Of a stretch of 60,000 nt of DNA, positions 11,465 through 24,308 are shown piece after piece (position 1 is the first letter of the stretch; every line of letters begins with the position of its first letter). The DNA is from Squalus acanthias (lineage: Eukaryota): the NCBI GenBank assembly GCA_030390025.1, contig CM059432.1, forward strand, positions 124,994,001-125,054,000, written 5' to 3'. The notes under the pieces were generated by a model. The model was not told where the DNA came from and made no database searches. It saw nothing but the letters and a program-made list of their open reading frames with translations. The position numbers were made by a program, and so were the translations under genes.

Positions 11465-13415
11465 GGCTTAGAAATTCCAATATACACTGGTGTATCGGTG
11501 CTGCTTGCTAATTAACATTAGCGTAGCGCTAAACTTACTGTGCAAGGCTGGTTTTCGGGTGGTAGTCGCAGCAGGAGGCCCAATGTAGCATAGCTGCAGT
11601 GTCATTGGCGCAAGAACAGCCTTCTCTCAAAGCAAGGCTGTCATTTTAGAAAGCAGTGCAGTCCCTTAAAGGGGAACTGCCTTCTAAAATTAAAAAAAAT
11701 AAAATTCATTTAAAAATAGGCAGTTTTTAGCCCTGACAGCTCAACTGCCTTCTGAAAAAAAGTTACATTAAAAAGAAGGACATGACTGCTGCCAATGAAC
11801 CGGAAGCAGACTGCGCATGCGCGCTGCCGGTTCGTCACGGGAGCGGGTTAGTTAAAAAAAAATGTGAAATGTCAGGAGGGAGTGGGCTGTGAGGAAAAAT
11901 GCCGGGAGAGGGCGGACTGTGAGGAAAATGCCGGGAGGGAGCGGGCTGTGAGGAAAAATGCCCCTCACCACTGCTCTACCCTTGTGCATTCCTCATTTCA
12001 CACACCCAAGAAATACAGCCTGCCCAGCTAGTGGTTTCCAAGAAGAGGGAGAGGAAAGTGAAGAAGAAGAAGAAACACAGTCACTCGATTTCACAATCCC
12101 AGCCACCAGCTCCTCAAGGTCATCTGCAGTGTCCCCCACTGAAAGTCAGCAGCCTTCCACCAGCCATGCTGCAGCCACTGGGGTAGGACTGCGTGACATC
12201 AGTAGGATAGGCAAAGGCACATGCAAGACAGTCACTGAGGGAATGCATAAAGGTGATGAGTTGATTCCTTGATGTCATATTGGATGGATAAATGTATAAA
12301 GTTGGATTGGAAAGTATGCTTTGTGGTGGCTTTTATTTCAGCATTGTGGCCAAGAGGACGCTGTGATGGTCAGTAACAGAGTGAAGGTAAGGTGTGGGAC
12401 AAATGGTGAAAGGGGAATTGGGGTTGTCACTGGTACTGCAGGAGAATGATTCCATCCTGGATATCCTGGACAGAAAGGAGCTGTCTGGGCCGCATTCTTC
12501 CTTCTCCTTCCTCCTCTTCTGTTTCTTCCTCTTCCGCGCCTTCTCTTCCCTCTGCAAGCGGCTGCTGTAAATCTAAAATAAAAGCAGAAAAAGACCCGCA
12601 ATCTCGCCCTGGCAGCCCATAGCATTGCCAGACACACTGAACCTTCCACCCTCTTTTCCATCTCTTCTTGATCCTGAGGGGGGTCATGTTCACTCCTTCT
12701 CACCTTCTGCCACCCTTCCCTGCAGATGCACCGTGGCCACAGGGGCCTCCAATGGCAGAAGAAGACTCTGAGGAAGAGGAGGTGGTGAACTGGAGCCTCA
12801 GCAATAGAGCAGGAAATAATCATTCTAGAGGAGGAATGGAGCAGACAGCAAGCCATGGCACAGAGCAAGCAGATTGATTCAACCCCATCTATCTCATTTC
12901 TAACCCGCCCAGCTTGTCACCTGTGGAAGTTGTTTCCTCTCTCCCAGGAATCAGCCTATGGAGTTCCACCCAGGGAAATGTATAGAGTGAGATTCAGGAT
13001 GTGTCACCGGCAGAATCTACCAGCATGGAGGTGGGCAAGGATGTACCTTCTTCCCAGAGTCATGGGACCTAAAGCTCATGGGTTCTCACCTAAAAAAAAA
13101 AAAGGACACTTGGGGAACATTGTTCGTATCTGCAGGCTCTGAAGACAATCGTCCAGATCGCAGTTGTGCTGTTAAAGCAGGAAATTGTCATGCATAGGGC
13201 AGCCAGGTGATTGGTGCTCTTACGAAAATGAGCCATACATGGCTTTGGTGGGCAGATACTTAAAGCTGCCAAAAATATCGAGGCCGTTTATGTCTAGTGC
13301 AATAACGGTGCATAAGCGGCATAATGCGCTGAAAGGCAAATTTCCTCAAACTTTTTGGTGCTATAATGGTGTAAATACGGTGTTACTGTTGAAGATTATG
13401 AGGAATTTCAACCCC
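11465..13415. mobile_element. Harbinger-derived non-autonomous DNA transposon
   Basis: Termini ggcttagaaattcc and ggaatttcaacccc resemble the GGGG(T)AGAAATT TIR family. The internal segment is duplicated at 1-500. Confidence 0.55.
11872..11962. repeat. About 3 copies of a 29-30 bp tandem unit (gggagggagcgggctgtgaggaaaaatgcc)
   Basis: Direct inspection. Confidence 0.85.
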
Positions 13416-13461
13416 ATTACTTCCTATAATCTTCCTAATATCGCTCCCAAACCCACAAACT

Positions 13462-13748
13462 TCACCACCTAGAGAGACAAGTGCAGCAGGTGCACAGGAA
13501 CACCATCACTGCCAAGTTCCACTCCAAGTCAAACACCATCCTGACTTGGACATATATCACTGATCCTTCATCGTCGCTGGGTCAAAATCCTGGAACTCCC
13601 TCCCTAACAGCACTGTGGGAGTACCTTCAGCACACGGTCTGCAGCGGTTCAAGAAGGCTCACCACCACCTTCTCAAGGTCAACTAGTGATGGGCAATAAA
13701 TGCTGGCTTTGCTAGTAATGTCCACACCCGAGAATAAATATTAAAAAA
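13462..13748 (+). mobile_element. 3' end of a CR1/L2-group LINE
   Basis: Tail gggcaataaatgctggc...cacacccgaga is shared with the 7645 and 51715 elements. Confidence 0.8.
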
Positions 13749-15049
13749 AGTCTCTTTTCCTTCAAGCATTTCTATTACCATTTGACTTCTGCATCCCAGG
13801 GTTTCTCTTAGACTAGGATCCAGCTCACCTCTCTGGGCAGTGTCAATGTTGCTCTGGTTCAAGGAGGTACTGAGGTAGTGTGGATGGGACTCCCCTCCCA
13901 TGCTTTGATTTAGGACATTTTCTCCACTGTGCCAATCTGTCCAAGATAAACAACTTACATGTGGATGAGATCCATAGGATATAAATATCACCAGAGACTC
14001 TGGGATTTGAGCCTATTTCCTCCTGCGCCTGACCTCATGTGTGTATGAGAGTGCATGAACGAGAGGCATAATAAGGCCCGGCTTGAGGCTGTGTTCTAAA
14101 AGTGCTCAGAAAATAATCCAAATAACTTTGGAACAAAACTGTAGAGCACCAATGCATTTGCCACTGCTAGTGTATTATGAGTGCCTACAGTGCCCAATCT
14201 CAAGCATGCCGCGGTGGGCAGATAGTGAACAGAGTCTATAGCCTCAGAATTCCTCTGTTGTGGAAGGGCATAAGTCAAGATTTGTGTCTTTATGGGTCCA
14301 AGAATTTCAGACTTGGACAATTTATACCATGGTTCCACTGGAGAAATGCCCCGGCCGGAACATTGTGCAGTTTAATCAAATTAAGGGACCTCCCACTAAA
14401 CTTGTGAACTTTAGCAGGGTCAGCGCCGGAAGTCACGGGTGGGTGCGTCCGAGCGCTTATGCCAGGATGTTAGGCCCATGGGTTTCTGGGCCTAATGGGT
14501 TAGAAATTCGGCTCCTTTGTGCCTGCTGTTAGCGCCACCGGGGGGCGCTAACGGGGCACAAAGGGCTTATCGGCCGGGGGGGTGGTGGGCAAAAAAAGCG
14601 CCTCCCGAGAAATTCGCCAGCCGTTGCTGAGGCGCTACCTGATAGCGCTGCACCCTCGCCGATAGCTATGTTATTTTTTATGACTTATGTCGTTTATTAT
14701 TTAAATTATAAAAACTTTTGAGATGACAACTTTATATCTGAAACTTTCGCTAATACTGCTATATACTTAAACTCAAAGAAAGGGCACCAAAATACAAGTT
14801 CGCTCAGGGTGCCACTTTCACTAAGGATTACCAGATAGCAGCCAGCACCTGTAAAACTATATATCCTGTCAAGATGTCAATGGACTCCAATTTCCTATGG
14901 CACCATTCTAGAGTGGAACTTTTGCCTGTCTTGAGGTCTTTTCCCTGAGCCTGCTGAAAGCTGAAGGGTCAGCTAATTTAAGTAGGCAGAGATGTGCAGG
15001 CTGTATAAATCCTGCCTGCAAAACCTCAGATACACTGGAAAGGCAGAAA

Positions 15050-15415
15050 ATGCAGTGCAGGCAGTGAAGAGGGCAGGCTAGAAAATACCTGGTGTATCAG
15101 CCAGATAAAAAACCTGTTGGTGCTTAAAGCAGCGATGGCAGCACTGGAGGAAGCAAGCAATGTGGGCAAGAAGGATGGTAGCCAGATCGAAGAATCAGGT
15201 GGCAAACTTCAGGGAGGTGGACCTGGATGTCCTTGTCGCAGAGATATGAAGCAGAAGGCACAATCTGTTTGTTGGAGGGGCAGAGGCCCACCAAGCATCT
15301 GGTACACATTTTGTAAAGCAAGGTGGCTGCGGCAGTGAGTTCCTCCTCCTTGTACACAGGACTTCTTTGAAATGCAAGAAGAAGTTTAACTACCTCACCA
15401 GAGCAGCCAAGGTAA
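15050..15415 (+). pseudogene. Harbinger Myb/SANT-like remnant
   Basis: RTSLKCKKKFNYLTRAAK followed by gtaagc. Confidence 0.6.
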
Positions 15416-16528
15416 GCTACCTGCTGCTCCCTGAGCTTTCCTTGCAGTCGCTTTGCACGTGTGGCATTTCTTCCTTCATTACCCTCACAGTGCCAAAGGA
15501 GTCAGAGGTGAATGTGGGATCTAACAGTGGGGAGCGGAGGCTTTGCAGAAGTCAACCCCTGACTCCTCAGCCTGCAGACTCAGGTCTGCCGGCTCCTGCT
15601 CTAAAAAGAAGGACGTTGGATGAGCATCAAATGGAGGCACTGAGGACCATCTCAGAGGCCCTGAGATGGATGACATCCTCAGTGCCAACATCCAAGATGG
15701 ATACAACTCAATGCAGCATTACCTGGATTGGGTGTGGAACCATGAATATCCATAGAGAACCCCATGGTATGACTGAAGGGTGGGAAGGAAAAGATGCCTC
15801 GGTCTGAACTTGCTGAAAGGCAGCTTGCAGAATCCTTTCTTAGTTGTACAGTTGAGAAAAGATTTTTCTAATCACTTCAGTTAAAGCTGACGGTTTAGAC
15901 AAGGTTCATGGATGTTCAAAAGCCTGGTTTGACAAGTCATGCAGGTGATTTACCCTCTACAACAGACTTAACTTAAGCCAGGTGCAATTCTGACCTTAAC
16001 GATGGAATTTCTAGGACAGCAGCCTTTTTCCTCATTATGCTGTTATTTGCACACTTGCACAATTTGGAGTATACACATCTTCTGCCAGCAGCCAATTTTA
16101 CTGAAATTTAGTGTATATTTTAGAATGGGTGCAGTTCTGCATATCTGACTTATGCTTCAAATTCTGGCCCTCTGTCAGAACTGCATAATTTCTGCACCAA
16201 ATAAATCTCAGAATTTCATCCCAATGTCTGTATGAAAGAGGAATAGAAGAAACATTGGTGGAGAAATTCGAGAGACAAAGCAAAGAAAGAAGTTTGCATC
16301 TATATCACTTTTTTTTCTTGACCACTTGATTCCAGCCTTCCTTGGCAGTGGGAATAAGAACATCTTTGGTATTTGTGCCACCACCCCCTCATATGAGCAG
16401 TTTCAAACTGGTAGGTTAGGCAGGATGGTCATTGTAAATAGTAAAGTTGAAAAAATAACTGTTTGATAAAGTTTTTAAAAATTACTTCTCGAAATTGCTG
16501 AACTCTGTAACCACAATGCGATACTAAC

Positions 16529-16679
16529 CTCCTTTGGAGTGCAATCTATCTTGGCAGGATTTGGCAGTGTGATAGCAATTGAGCCTACTTTTGGTCTCAG
16601 CTGACGATCTTCCCAATCTTTCAGTACAATGCCAGCTTGTCTTATGGGAAATCCTTGGTTAATACAGTACCTCGGACCC
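16529..16679 (-). CDS. RGS22: RGS22 coding exon (about exon 10), GPRYCINQGFPIRQAGIVLKDWEDRQLRPK...TPKE
   Basis: 151 nt, phase 2/0, caattacag acceptor and gttagt donor. Continues the RGS22 YWAPRFC motif as YWGPRYC. Confidence 0.9.
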
Positions 16680-17162
16680 CTGTAATTGTTTGAAACAAAA
16701 ATAAAAATGAAAAGTTCCATTTCATAAGAATATATTTGTAGGGATTCTAATAGTCATTTAGGTGGCAATTCATTTTTTTTTAAATATCTCTATTGCATGA
16801 TTTGACTGGAGTTTGTTTGAGCTGGAATATCATAGCCATACTCCAGTAGCTTCAACAGCAGGGAAAAAGAACACTCAAAAGACTTTTTCCAAAAGCATGA
16901 TTCACTCCAATCATTACTGATGATAATTGCCAGATAATTTATTTTAAATGTTTCAGTTTGCTTTGCTTAAAAGTATACACCTGTCAGAATTATAGGCATT
17001 CTAGTCCTGTCATAATCATGGGGAAACCATTTCGTAATCGGCACACAAAGCTTCTTTCGTGTAGTTTTCAGTTAATACATTTCACTGCACACAATATATT
17101 GTTTAGATGTAAATAAATACACATTAAACACTTGCATTGACCAGGCTTGTGCCTGTACTCAC

Positions 17163-17324
17163 CAATACAGAAGCAGAGGCGTCACTATATCTGACTGAAT
17201 CTTACACAGGTTTTCCACAGTCCACTGTGAGATAAATGACAGACCCAGCCTTGCACGTGTCTCTGCATTCAGGCAGTATTCACCACCGCTAAACAAATAC
17301 CGATTCCGTACCTTGTTCAGGTAG
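17163..17324 (-). CDS. RGS22: RGS22 coding exon (about exon 9), YLNKVRNRYLFSGGEYCLNAE...IQSDIVTPLLLYW
   Basis: 162 nt, phase 2/2, ttctttggtttaaag acceptor and gtgagt donor. PLLLYW motif of RGS22. Confidence 0.93.
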
Positions 17325-17839
17325 CTTTAAACCAAAGAACAAAAAAAAATCAATACTTTGTACAGAACAAAGCAAAAATAAAAAATAAATTGGAGCATGA
17401 TTTGAACAAATAGTATCCACGATAAAGAATGATAAACACAGTGTTATGAAATAGTACAAATCGAGATTAATTAATAATGGATCCTAATCAAATCTAATTT
17501 GAATGTCTTTCGGTGAATTTTGTTTTATTGGAAATAGATTGGGGTGGACCAATCAGAAATAAAATCAATAATTTCTCAGGAACTGTCGGCTTACAAAAAT
17601 TGGCACAGTTGTAAACCCAATGAAATGATACTTTACTTCAGGTAGTCACTCTACCTTCCTGCCAAAAATACATCACGGCTAGACAAAACCATTTTGGGAA
17701 GAAACTGCCCATCAATTCTCATCTTCCTGGCCAACCTGCTGTTGGGTACCACATCAGCAAAGTAATAGAGCAGAACAGCAATAAAAAGAGCCCGACAGCC
17801 TGCAGTAAAACAAACACAGGGAAATATTTGAAAAAATGG

Positions 17840-19365
17840 TGTCATGGTCAACCCAGTGGGAGGAACGGTGGAGCCCGAGGAATTTAAGCTACGTGTTTAA
17901 TTTATTATCCACACTCTAATTTTAAATATCAACCAATCTATCAACTTTAAATAAGTAATTAAATAAATACAGTGTAATTAATTACAAATTAATCTGTAAT
18001 CAAACTAAATCCATCTACTAATTATAACCTAGACTACAAGTGATTCTATTAGTTCTAGAAATAAATAATTGCTAACAATAAATAAATAAACAAACAAACA
18101 AACAAATAAATAAATGAATAAATAAATATTAGAAATGGCAACACAGGCAGTGTGTCAGGAGTGCAGTATGCGGAGATTTGTGGGCAGCGAGACTGTCTTG
18201 GATGATCACACCTGTAGGAAATGTCTCTGCCTTGAAACACTCTCTAACTCAGAGTCATTGGCTGGAGTGCGAGCTAGAGACCCTCTGACACATAAGGCAT
18301 AGTTTACTGCAGAGCACAGTCACATCTCATAGTAAAACACAGGTGTGGGAAGGGGAGTTTGTGACTGTCAGTCAGCAAGGTAGGGGGAACCTAAGGGAGG
18401 CAGACAAGGAGGTACAGTAGTCACTGGTCCTATCCAACAAGTACGATGTACTTGCTATCTGTGGGGATAAGGATGCAGGCTGCAGGGAGGATGGCCAGAA
18501 TGCTAACCATAGCACTGTGGAGCAGGAGGCAGTCTAAAAGGGGAGAGCAAAATAGATAATTAGAGGGATAGATAGCATCCTCTGCAGTTGTGACTGAGAG
18601 TCAAGGAGGGTGTGTAGCCTACCTGGGATGCTAGGATGGGCTGCATCTGAACCGGAATGGGACCATGGTCCTAGAGGATTAGAGCTGTGGATAAGACTTT
18701 AAACTAGCAAGATGGGCGGAGGCATCTGGTAGAAATAACAGTAGCCTCAAGATAAAAGAAATATGAGATGAGAGTAAAGGTCAGACCAAGGAAAGGATTA
18801 ACGGTAGCATAAACGATCAGGGAACACAAAGTTATAGAATATAAGCATAAAATAAGTTAAAAATAAAGCAAGAAGCGCGATTAATAAAAACAAAATAAAT
18901 TGTCTGTACAGCAATATACACAGCATTCAAAACAGAACAGGGGAACTGAAGGCAATAATTCGTAGAGAGGAACCAGAAGTAGTAGGGAAAACTGAAACAT
19001 GGCTGTATAAAGAACAGGATTGGCAGTTAAATATTGCCAGATATAATGTATTTTAAAAGGATAGGGAAGGAAGAAGGGGGTAGGGTAGCTCTGCTAATTA
19101 GATATAACATAATGGCAGTAGAAAAAAAGGACATAACTAACAGTAAGATAGAAACAGAATCCAAATGGATTGAGATAAAGGATAAGACGAATAGCAGAGA
19201 TGCATTTAAGGGGAAGATATTTAAGTACATGAGGGAGAAAGGCATAGAAGGATATGTTGATAGTGTGAGATGAAGTAAGGTGGGAAGAGGCTTGTGTGGA
19301 GCATAAACACCAGCATAGACCAGTTGGGCCGAATGGCCTGTTTCTGTGCTGTAAAATTCTATTTA
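17840..19365 (+). mobile_element. Degenerate CR1 5' region (UTR with AAAT/AAAC microsatellite, ORF1 remnants, APE start) joined to a CR1 3' tail
   Basis: ETWL motif and GGRVALLI near 19000-19100; CR1 tail ggccgaatggcctgtttctgtgctgta near 19330. Confidence 0.7.
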
Positions 19366-19481
19366 ATACTTCTATAATTTCAGCTGTATAAATTCATTTA
19401 CAGAAAAATGACCAGTTTTAGGGAGCGATCAGGTCCGTTCAGTTGCAAAAGCACACAGTTTAATAGAAATGTAAAGTAAGT

Positions 19482-19770
19482 GAGCTCCCCCAATGGCCTA
19501 GTCGGTAAAGGTTCCAGTCACTGCACTACTAGGCTATCAAAAGCAGAAGGTCCCAAGTTCAATTCCCAGTCTGTGCTGAGTTAGCTGATCACGCAGGAGT
19601 TAGAGCACTATAATTGGCCTATAATATACCGCTGACCTACAGTGGTGAAAAATCAGCCAAGGTTACTGTTCCTGATTGCTATCTAGCAATCCTTAATGAT
19701 GGATTAATAGTGCTCTTGTGTGTGGACATCGTATGAAGACAGGATCAGGGTCAGCTATGATGTCCCTATG
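19482..19770 (+). mobile_element. Ancient tRNA-derived SINE (related copies at about 35860-36040 and 55890-56065)
   Basis: tggcctagtcggtaa A box, agttcaattcc B box and body ctgtgctgagttagctgatc...aaatcagcc. Family assignment uncertain. Confidence 0.6.
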
Positions 19771-19869
19771 CTAGATATCGGGCATCTCTGATGCCACCCA
19801 AAGGCAGCCAGCACCTCTTAACGGGCAGGTGCACTCTAGCTGCAGAACGAAGGGAATACTTATAAAAAT

Positions 19870-20066
19870 TGAAATGGCTTCAACAGGTTCTCTGTTGCTG
19901 CCTTGGAGGCCTTGGTGCAGGCAGTGGACAGGAGGATGGACATCCTCTTCCCTCCCAGAATCAACTGGGAAGAGGTCACAGAGCATGTCAATGCTAGGAG
20001 CTTAACACCCAGGACATGGCTACAATGCCGGAAAAAGTTCAATGACCTCACTAGAGTTGTCAAGGT
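19870..20066 (+). pseudogene. Harbinger Myb/SANT-like remnant
   Basis: RFSVAALEALVQAVDRRMDILF...WEEVTEHVNARSLTPRTWLQCRKKFNDLTRVVK followed by gtaaga. Confidence 0.75.
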
Positions 20067-20244
20067 AAGAATACTGCTCTATTACTTTCTGCTCATACCT
20101 ACACCCTCACTACTCACAAGGTCTCCCTCTCCCCATGGTGAGCAGTCCTTCCTGTTGGTTAGCACCATGTGTTGCTGGGCGAGTTCAGTACGTGCCGAGT
20201 CATGTGCTGAGGCATACCAAAATCGAAAACGGGTCCCGCAAGAT

Positions 20245-20750
20245 GGGTGAATTGCTTGGATGGGAGCAGCTGCAACACCACTCAAGAAGCTCGACACCAT
20301 CCAGGACAAAGCAGTCCACTTGATCAACAGCCCATCCACCACCTTAAACATCTACTCCTTCCTCCACTGGCGCACCATGGCTGCAGTGTGTACTATCTAC
20401 AGGATGCACTGCAGCAACTTGCCAAGGATTCTTTGACAGCTCCTCCCAAACCATTGACCTCCACCACCTAGAAGGACAAGGGCAGCAGATGCATGGGAAC
20501 TCCATCACCGCCAAGATCCCCTCCAAATCACACACCAACTAGACTTGGACATATATCACCGTTCCTTCATCATCGCTGGGTCAAAATCCTGGAACTCCCT
20601 ATCTAACAGCATTATGGGACTATTTTCACCACACAGACTCCAGTGGTTTAAGAAGAAGGCTCACCACCACCTTCTCAAGGACAACTAGCAATGGGCAATA
20701 AATGCTGGCCTTGCTAGTGACGCCCATATCCCAAGAATGAAAATTAAAAG
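20245..20750 (+). mobile_element. 3' fragment of a CR1/L2-group LINE
   Basis: Matches the reverse complement of 7660-8150. Confidence 0.85.
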
Positions 20751-21629
20751 AAGCGCAGAACACTAATTTACATAACATATTTAGCCCTTTAAATAACCTG
20801 GACGTGCGCTCGGCAACCAGCGGAGTTGCCTATACCATTATGGTAGGAAGCGCATTTCTGGCTTGTAATGAGTGTGCCCTTGATGCGTGACAAATTGAAA
20901 GTTTAGGAGGTTGAGAAACCGGCACTGCATGGCCGAATTTCTAGGCCACTGAGGAGAAAAATTTGTAAAAAAAAATATGTCTGGACATTGGGTAAGGATA
21001 GAATGGAGCTGTTCAGTGATACCATCCACAGTCAATCAAATTACATGACAATGCTCATTATCCAGGTTATCACACATGGAGAATAACTACAGATAGAGCA
21101 AGATACCATGGGGTGGCCAGCAACAGTAAGACTGCACTGAGATGGGCCCTTCAGGAGAGATGGGCAGAAAATTGAAGGGAAGAGAGAAATTGTAAAAGAA
21201 AAAGTGAAGGACTTGAAGAGTCTGGACAATGATAACGTTACATGCCATGAAGATTATATCTACAATATTCCCAAGTACAAACAGTCACTAGAAGCAATCA
21301 GAATAAGGACCATCGTCAGCAGCCATTTATCAGCTGTCATCAGTGTACGGAGGTTCAGTCAAGCCAGGGTACGTCATCATTCATACCTGTGCAGTTTGGT
21401 AGCACATGGGACAGAGTTTACTCTTAATGAAGACAAGACTCAATTTCAATTTGATTGTGGCAAGGCACCTGGGAATCTGACCCCAATTACTACATGAGAG
21501 ATGACATCAGCTTCCAATTGACCCTGTGCTTGCTAATTGTAAAATTGGATGGTGGATCACTGTTACCTGCTCCTTATGGTTTGCCCTTTCCAAACCCCAA
21601 TTTGTAGCTCTCTGGAGCTTTTACTCAAG

Positions 21630-22125
21630 AAGAAGGAACTTACATTTTGTAGCATTTTGTCTTCAGGATGTCCTAAAGTGCTCCACAACAAATTAATTAC
21701 CTTTGAAGTGCAGTCACTATTGTTATGGAGGCAAACGTGGCAACCAATTTGCATACATCATGGTCCCACAAAAGGCAAATAAGATGTGTGACCAGTTAAT
21801 CTGTGTTTGTGATGTTTATGAGAAAAGAATGTTGGCCAGGCACTGGGAGAACTCCCTGCCCTTAAAATAGTGTTGTGAGATCCTTAACATCCAACTAAAC
21901 AGTCAGACAGGACCTCAGTTTAACGTTGCATCCAAATGATGGCAACTCCAACAACTCCCTCAGAACTGCACTGAAGTCTCAGCCTAGATTCTGTAATCAA
22001 CCTTCTGACATAAGCACCTTGGGATGTTTTGCTACGTTAAAGGCACTATACAAATGCAATTTATTGTTGTTGATAAAGAGAGAATGCTACCAATTGAGTC
22101 AAGCTGACACTTGACTCAAAGTCTA
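21630..22125 (-). mobile_element. Degenerate Deu-domain SINE (SacSINE1-like)
   Basis: Reverse complement resembles 23941-24308. Confidence 0.6.
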
Positions 22126-22283
22126 AAACAAATGCTAAACTGTTGCATGATTAATATCGCATGTAAAGTTTACATAAAAAGTATTGAGGTTTGCATTTCA
22201 GTTGAGAGCTGTTATATAGAAACAATTGGTCCCCATTTTCAAAAATCTGATCTCTAAGTTTGTAAGACAAATCTCGGACTAAC

Positions 22284-23040
22284 CTTTGCTTCTTTTTGGC
22301 ATCCTTGATAGCCTTTAATCTTTCAATATCCATCCACAGCCACCAGTATTTCTCACCAGCTGTTCCCTGAAGAAACTTCTTGAATTTTTCAATGCCCTTT
22401 CTGCTCTTGAAATTATAACTGTGACGTGGTGTCACGTAGCAGAAAGCTCTGATATCATCTTCCTCATCAGAAGAATCCTTGTCCATAATGTCGGAAAAAC
22501 CTTTTATATTATCACTCACTGCAGACGATCGCTCTACATTCAGCTGAACAGTTTGAGAAACATTAGACTTTGGTGCTGTGTGAGTATCAATCTTTGTATT
22601 ACTGTCCAACTGAGGTTTTGTTTCATCAGGCATAGAAGGGAGGTTGGTCGCTGTACTTTGGGTTGTTGTTTTATCGTCGGTGCTGACCTGCTCTTCATGG
22701 GTTGTTGCTTTATCGTCGGTGCTGACCTGCTCTTCATGGGTTGTTGCTTTATCGTCGGTGCTGACCTGCTCTTCGGCTTTTGCTTTTTCTTCTTGGTAAT
22801 CTTCAGTTTTACTCTCTGACTTCACTGCAAGGAAAACTGCTCCTGATATCTGCAAAGGGTACTCGGAGATGAATTCAAATAATTTGTCATCCACAACTTT
22901 TGGTTTGGAAAGACCTGAGCTGCAACTACCTTGTTCATTGTCGCTATTTAGTCGGCGTGACTGCCGTTTGCTACTGTGAGATCCATCCAGCAGCTTGCGA
23001 GCTTCAACACTGTACTTAACTTTATCCAATAGTGAAATTC
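22284..23040 (-). CDS. RGS22: RGS22 large coding exon (about exon 8), including the start of an RGS-like domain
   Basis: 757 nt, phase 1/2, attgctctag acceptor and gttagt donor. Encodes KFKKFLQGTAGEKYWWLWMDIERLK, matching RGS22 FKKFIKGTLGERYWWLWMDIERLK. Confidence 0.95.
22661..22774 (-). repeat. Coding minisatellite, about 3 x 39 bp (EEQVSTDDKATTH)
   Basis: Units start at 22661, 22700 and 22739 and are near identical. Confidence 0.95.
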
Positions 23041-23069
23041 CTAGAGCAATTCAATATTAAGAAATGTAA

Positions 23070-23502
23070 ATCATAGAATCATAGAACAATACAGCACAGA
23101 AGGAGGCCATGCGACCCATCGTGCCTGTGCCGGCTTTTTGAAAGAGCTATCTAATTAGTCCCACTCCCCTGCACGTTCTCCATATCCCTGCAACATTTTC
23201 CTTTTCAAGTATTTATCTAATTCCCTTTTGAAAGGTATTATTGAATCTGCTTCCACCCTTTCAGGCAGTGCATTCCAGGTCATAACAACTCGCTGTGTAA
23301 AGAAATGTTTCCTCTTGTCGCCTCTGGTTCTTTTGCCAATCACCTTAAATCTGTGTCCTCTGATTATCAACCCTTCTGCCTCTGGAAACAGTTTCTCCTT
23401 ATTAACTCTATCAAAACCCTCCATGATTTTGAACACCTCTATCAAATCTCTTCTTAACCTTTTCTGCTCTAAGGAGAACAACCCCAATTTTTCTAGTCTC
23501 TC
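23070..23502 (-). mobile_element. CR1 3' fragment
   Basis: ERLEKLGLFSLEQKRLR...FFTQRVV..WNALP; tail attctatg. Confidence 0.9.
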
Positions 23503-23940
23503 CATTTTCATAGGAAAAGGGCAAGGATTCAGTGGCAAAGTCATGGTATGTGACACATTCCCATTTCTCTCTATATTCCTTTTAGAAACTGCTAGCCCCA
23601 ACAGGTCAAGACAACATGGGACATATTCTCCACTAATCTTGGCAGTTGGGCTGGAGTCACAGGCAACCCTGAAATTCAAGCCTTATATCATCGGGTTTGG
23701 AAACAGGTGTTCTACTATTTGAAATAACTGAAGTCATGCTTTTTGTACCAGCCACACAATGCATTCACAGGGGTCTGAAGAGGGAGGGGGTAGAAAATGT
23801 TTTCAAAAATGTATAACTAGTAATTCATTCAGGCAATATATAATTTGCCAATATGTACACAAAGATCCTGGAATAAGTGAATGGGGCTAATAAACAAATC
23901 ATATGTCATCAAATTGTATGACATTTCTAGCCAATAATGT

Positions 23941-23948
23941 GTCAGCCA

Positions 23949-23990
<42 letters not shown>

Positions 23991-24308
23991 GTAGTTTCAA
24001 GTCCCACTCCAGTGACTTGAGCACAAAAATCTGGGCTGATACTCTTCTATGGCACTATTTCGAAGAAGAGCAGGGGAGTTATCCCCAGTGTCGTGGCCAA
24101 TATTTATCCCTCAATCAACATCACAAAAATAGATTATCTGGTCATTATCACATTGCTGTTTGTGGGAGCTTGCTGTGCGCAAATTGGCTGCCGCATTTCC
24201 CACATTACAACAGTGACTCCACTTCAAAAAGTACTTCATTGGCTGTAACGCGCTTTGAGACGTCCGGTGGTTACGAAAGGCACTATAGAAATGCAAGTCT
24301 TTCTTTCT
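23941..24308 (+). mobile_element. tRNA-derived Deu-domain SINE (SacSINE1-like) with L2-type tail
   Basis: tggctcagtgggtag A box, tttcaagtcc B box, ttgctgtgcgcaaattggctgccgc core and aaatgcaagtctttc tail. Partial copies at 29930-30310 and 48300-48447. Confidence 0.8.

Noticed and set aside
13829..13936. 108-nt exon-like segment on the minus strand (ag...gtgagc), DWHSGENVLNQSMGGESH...
   Set aside because: Open only in phase 1, whereas the flanking exons require phase 0, and no bridging exons were found. It could still be real if small exons were missed.
17655..17799. Exon-like segment with a strong acceptor and AG|gtagag donor between two RGS22 exons
   Set aside because: Has a stop codon in the required phase 2 and a frameshifting length of 145 nt. 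At most a poison exon, with no support.
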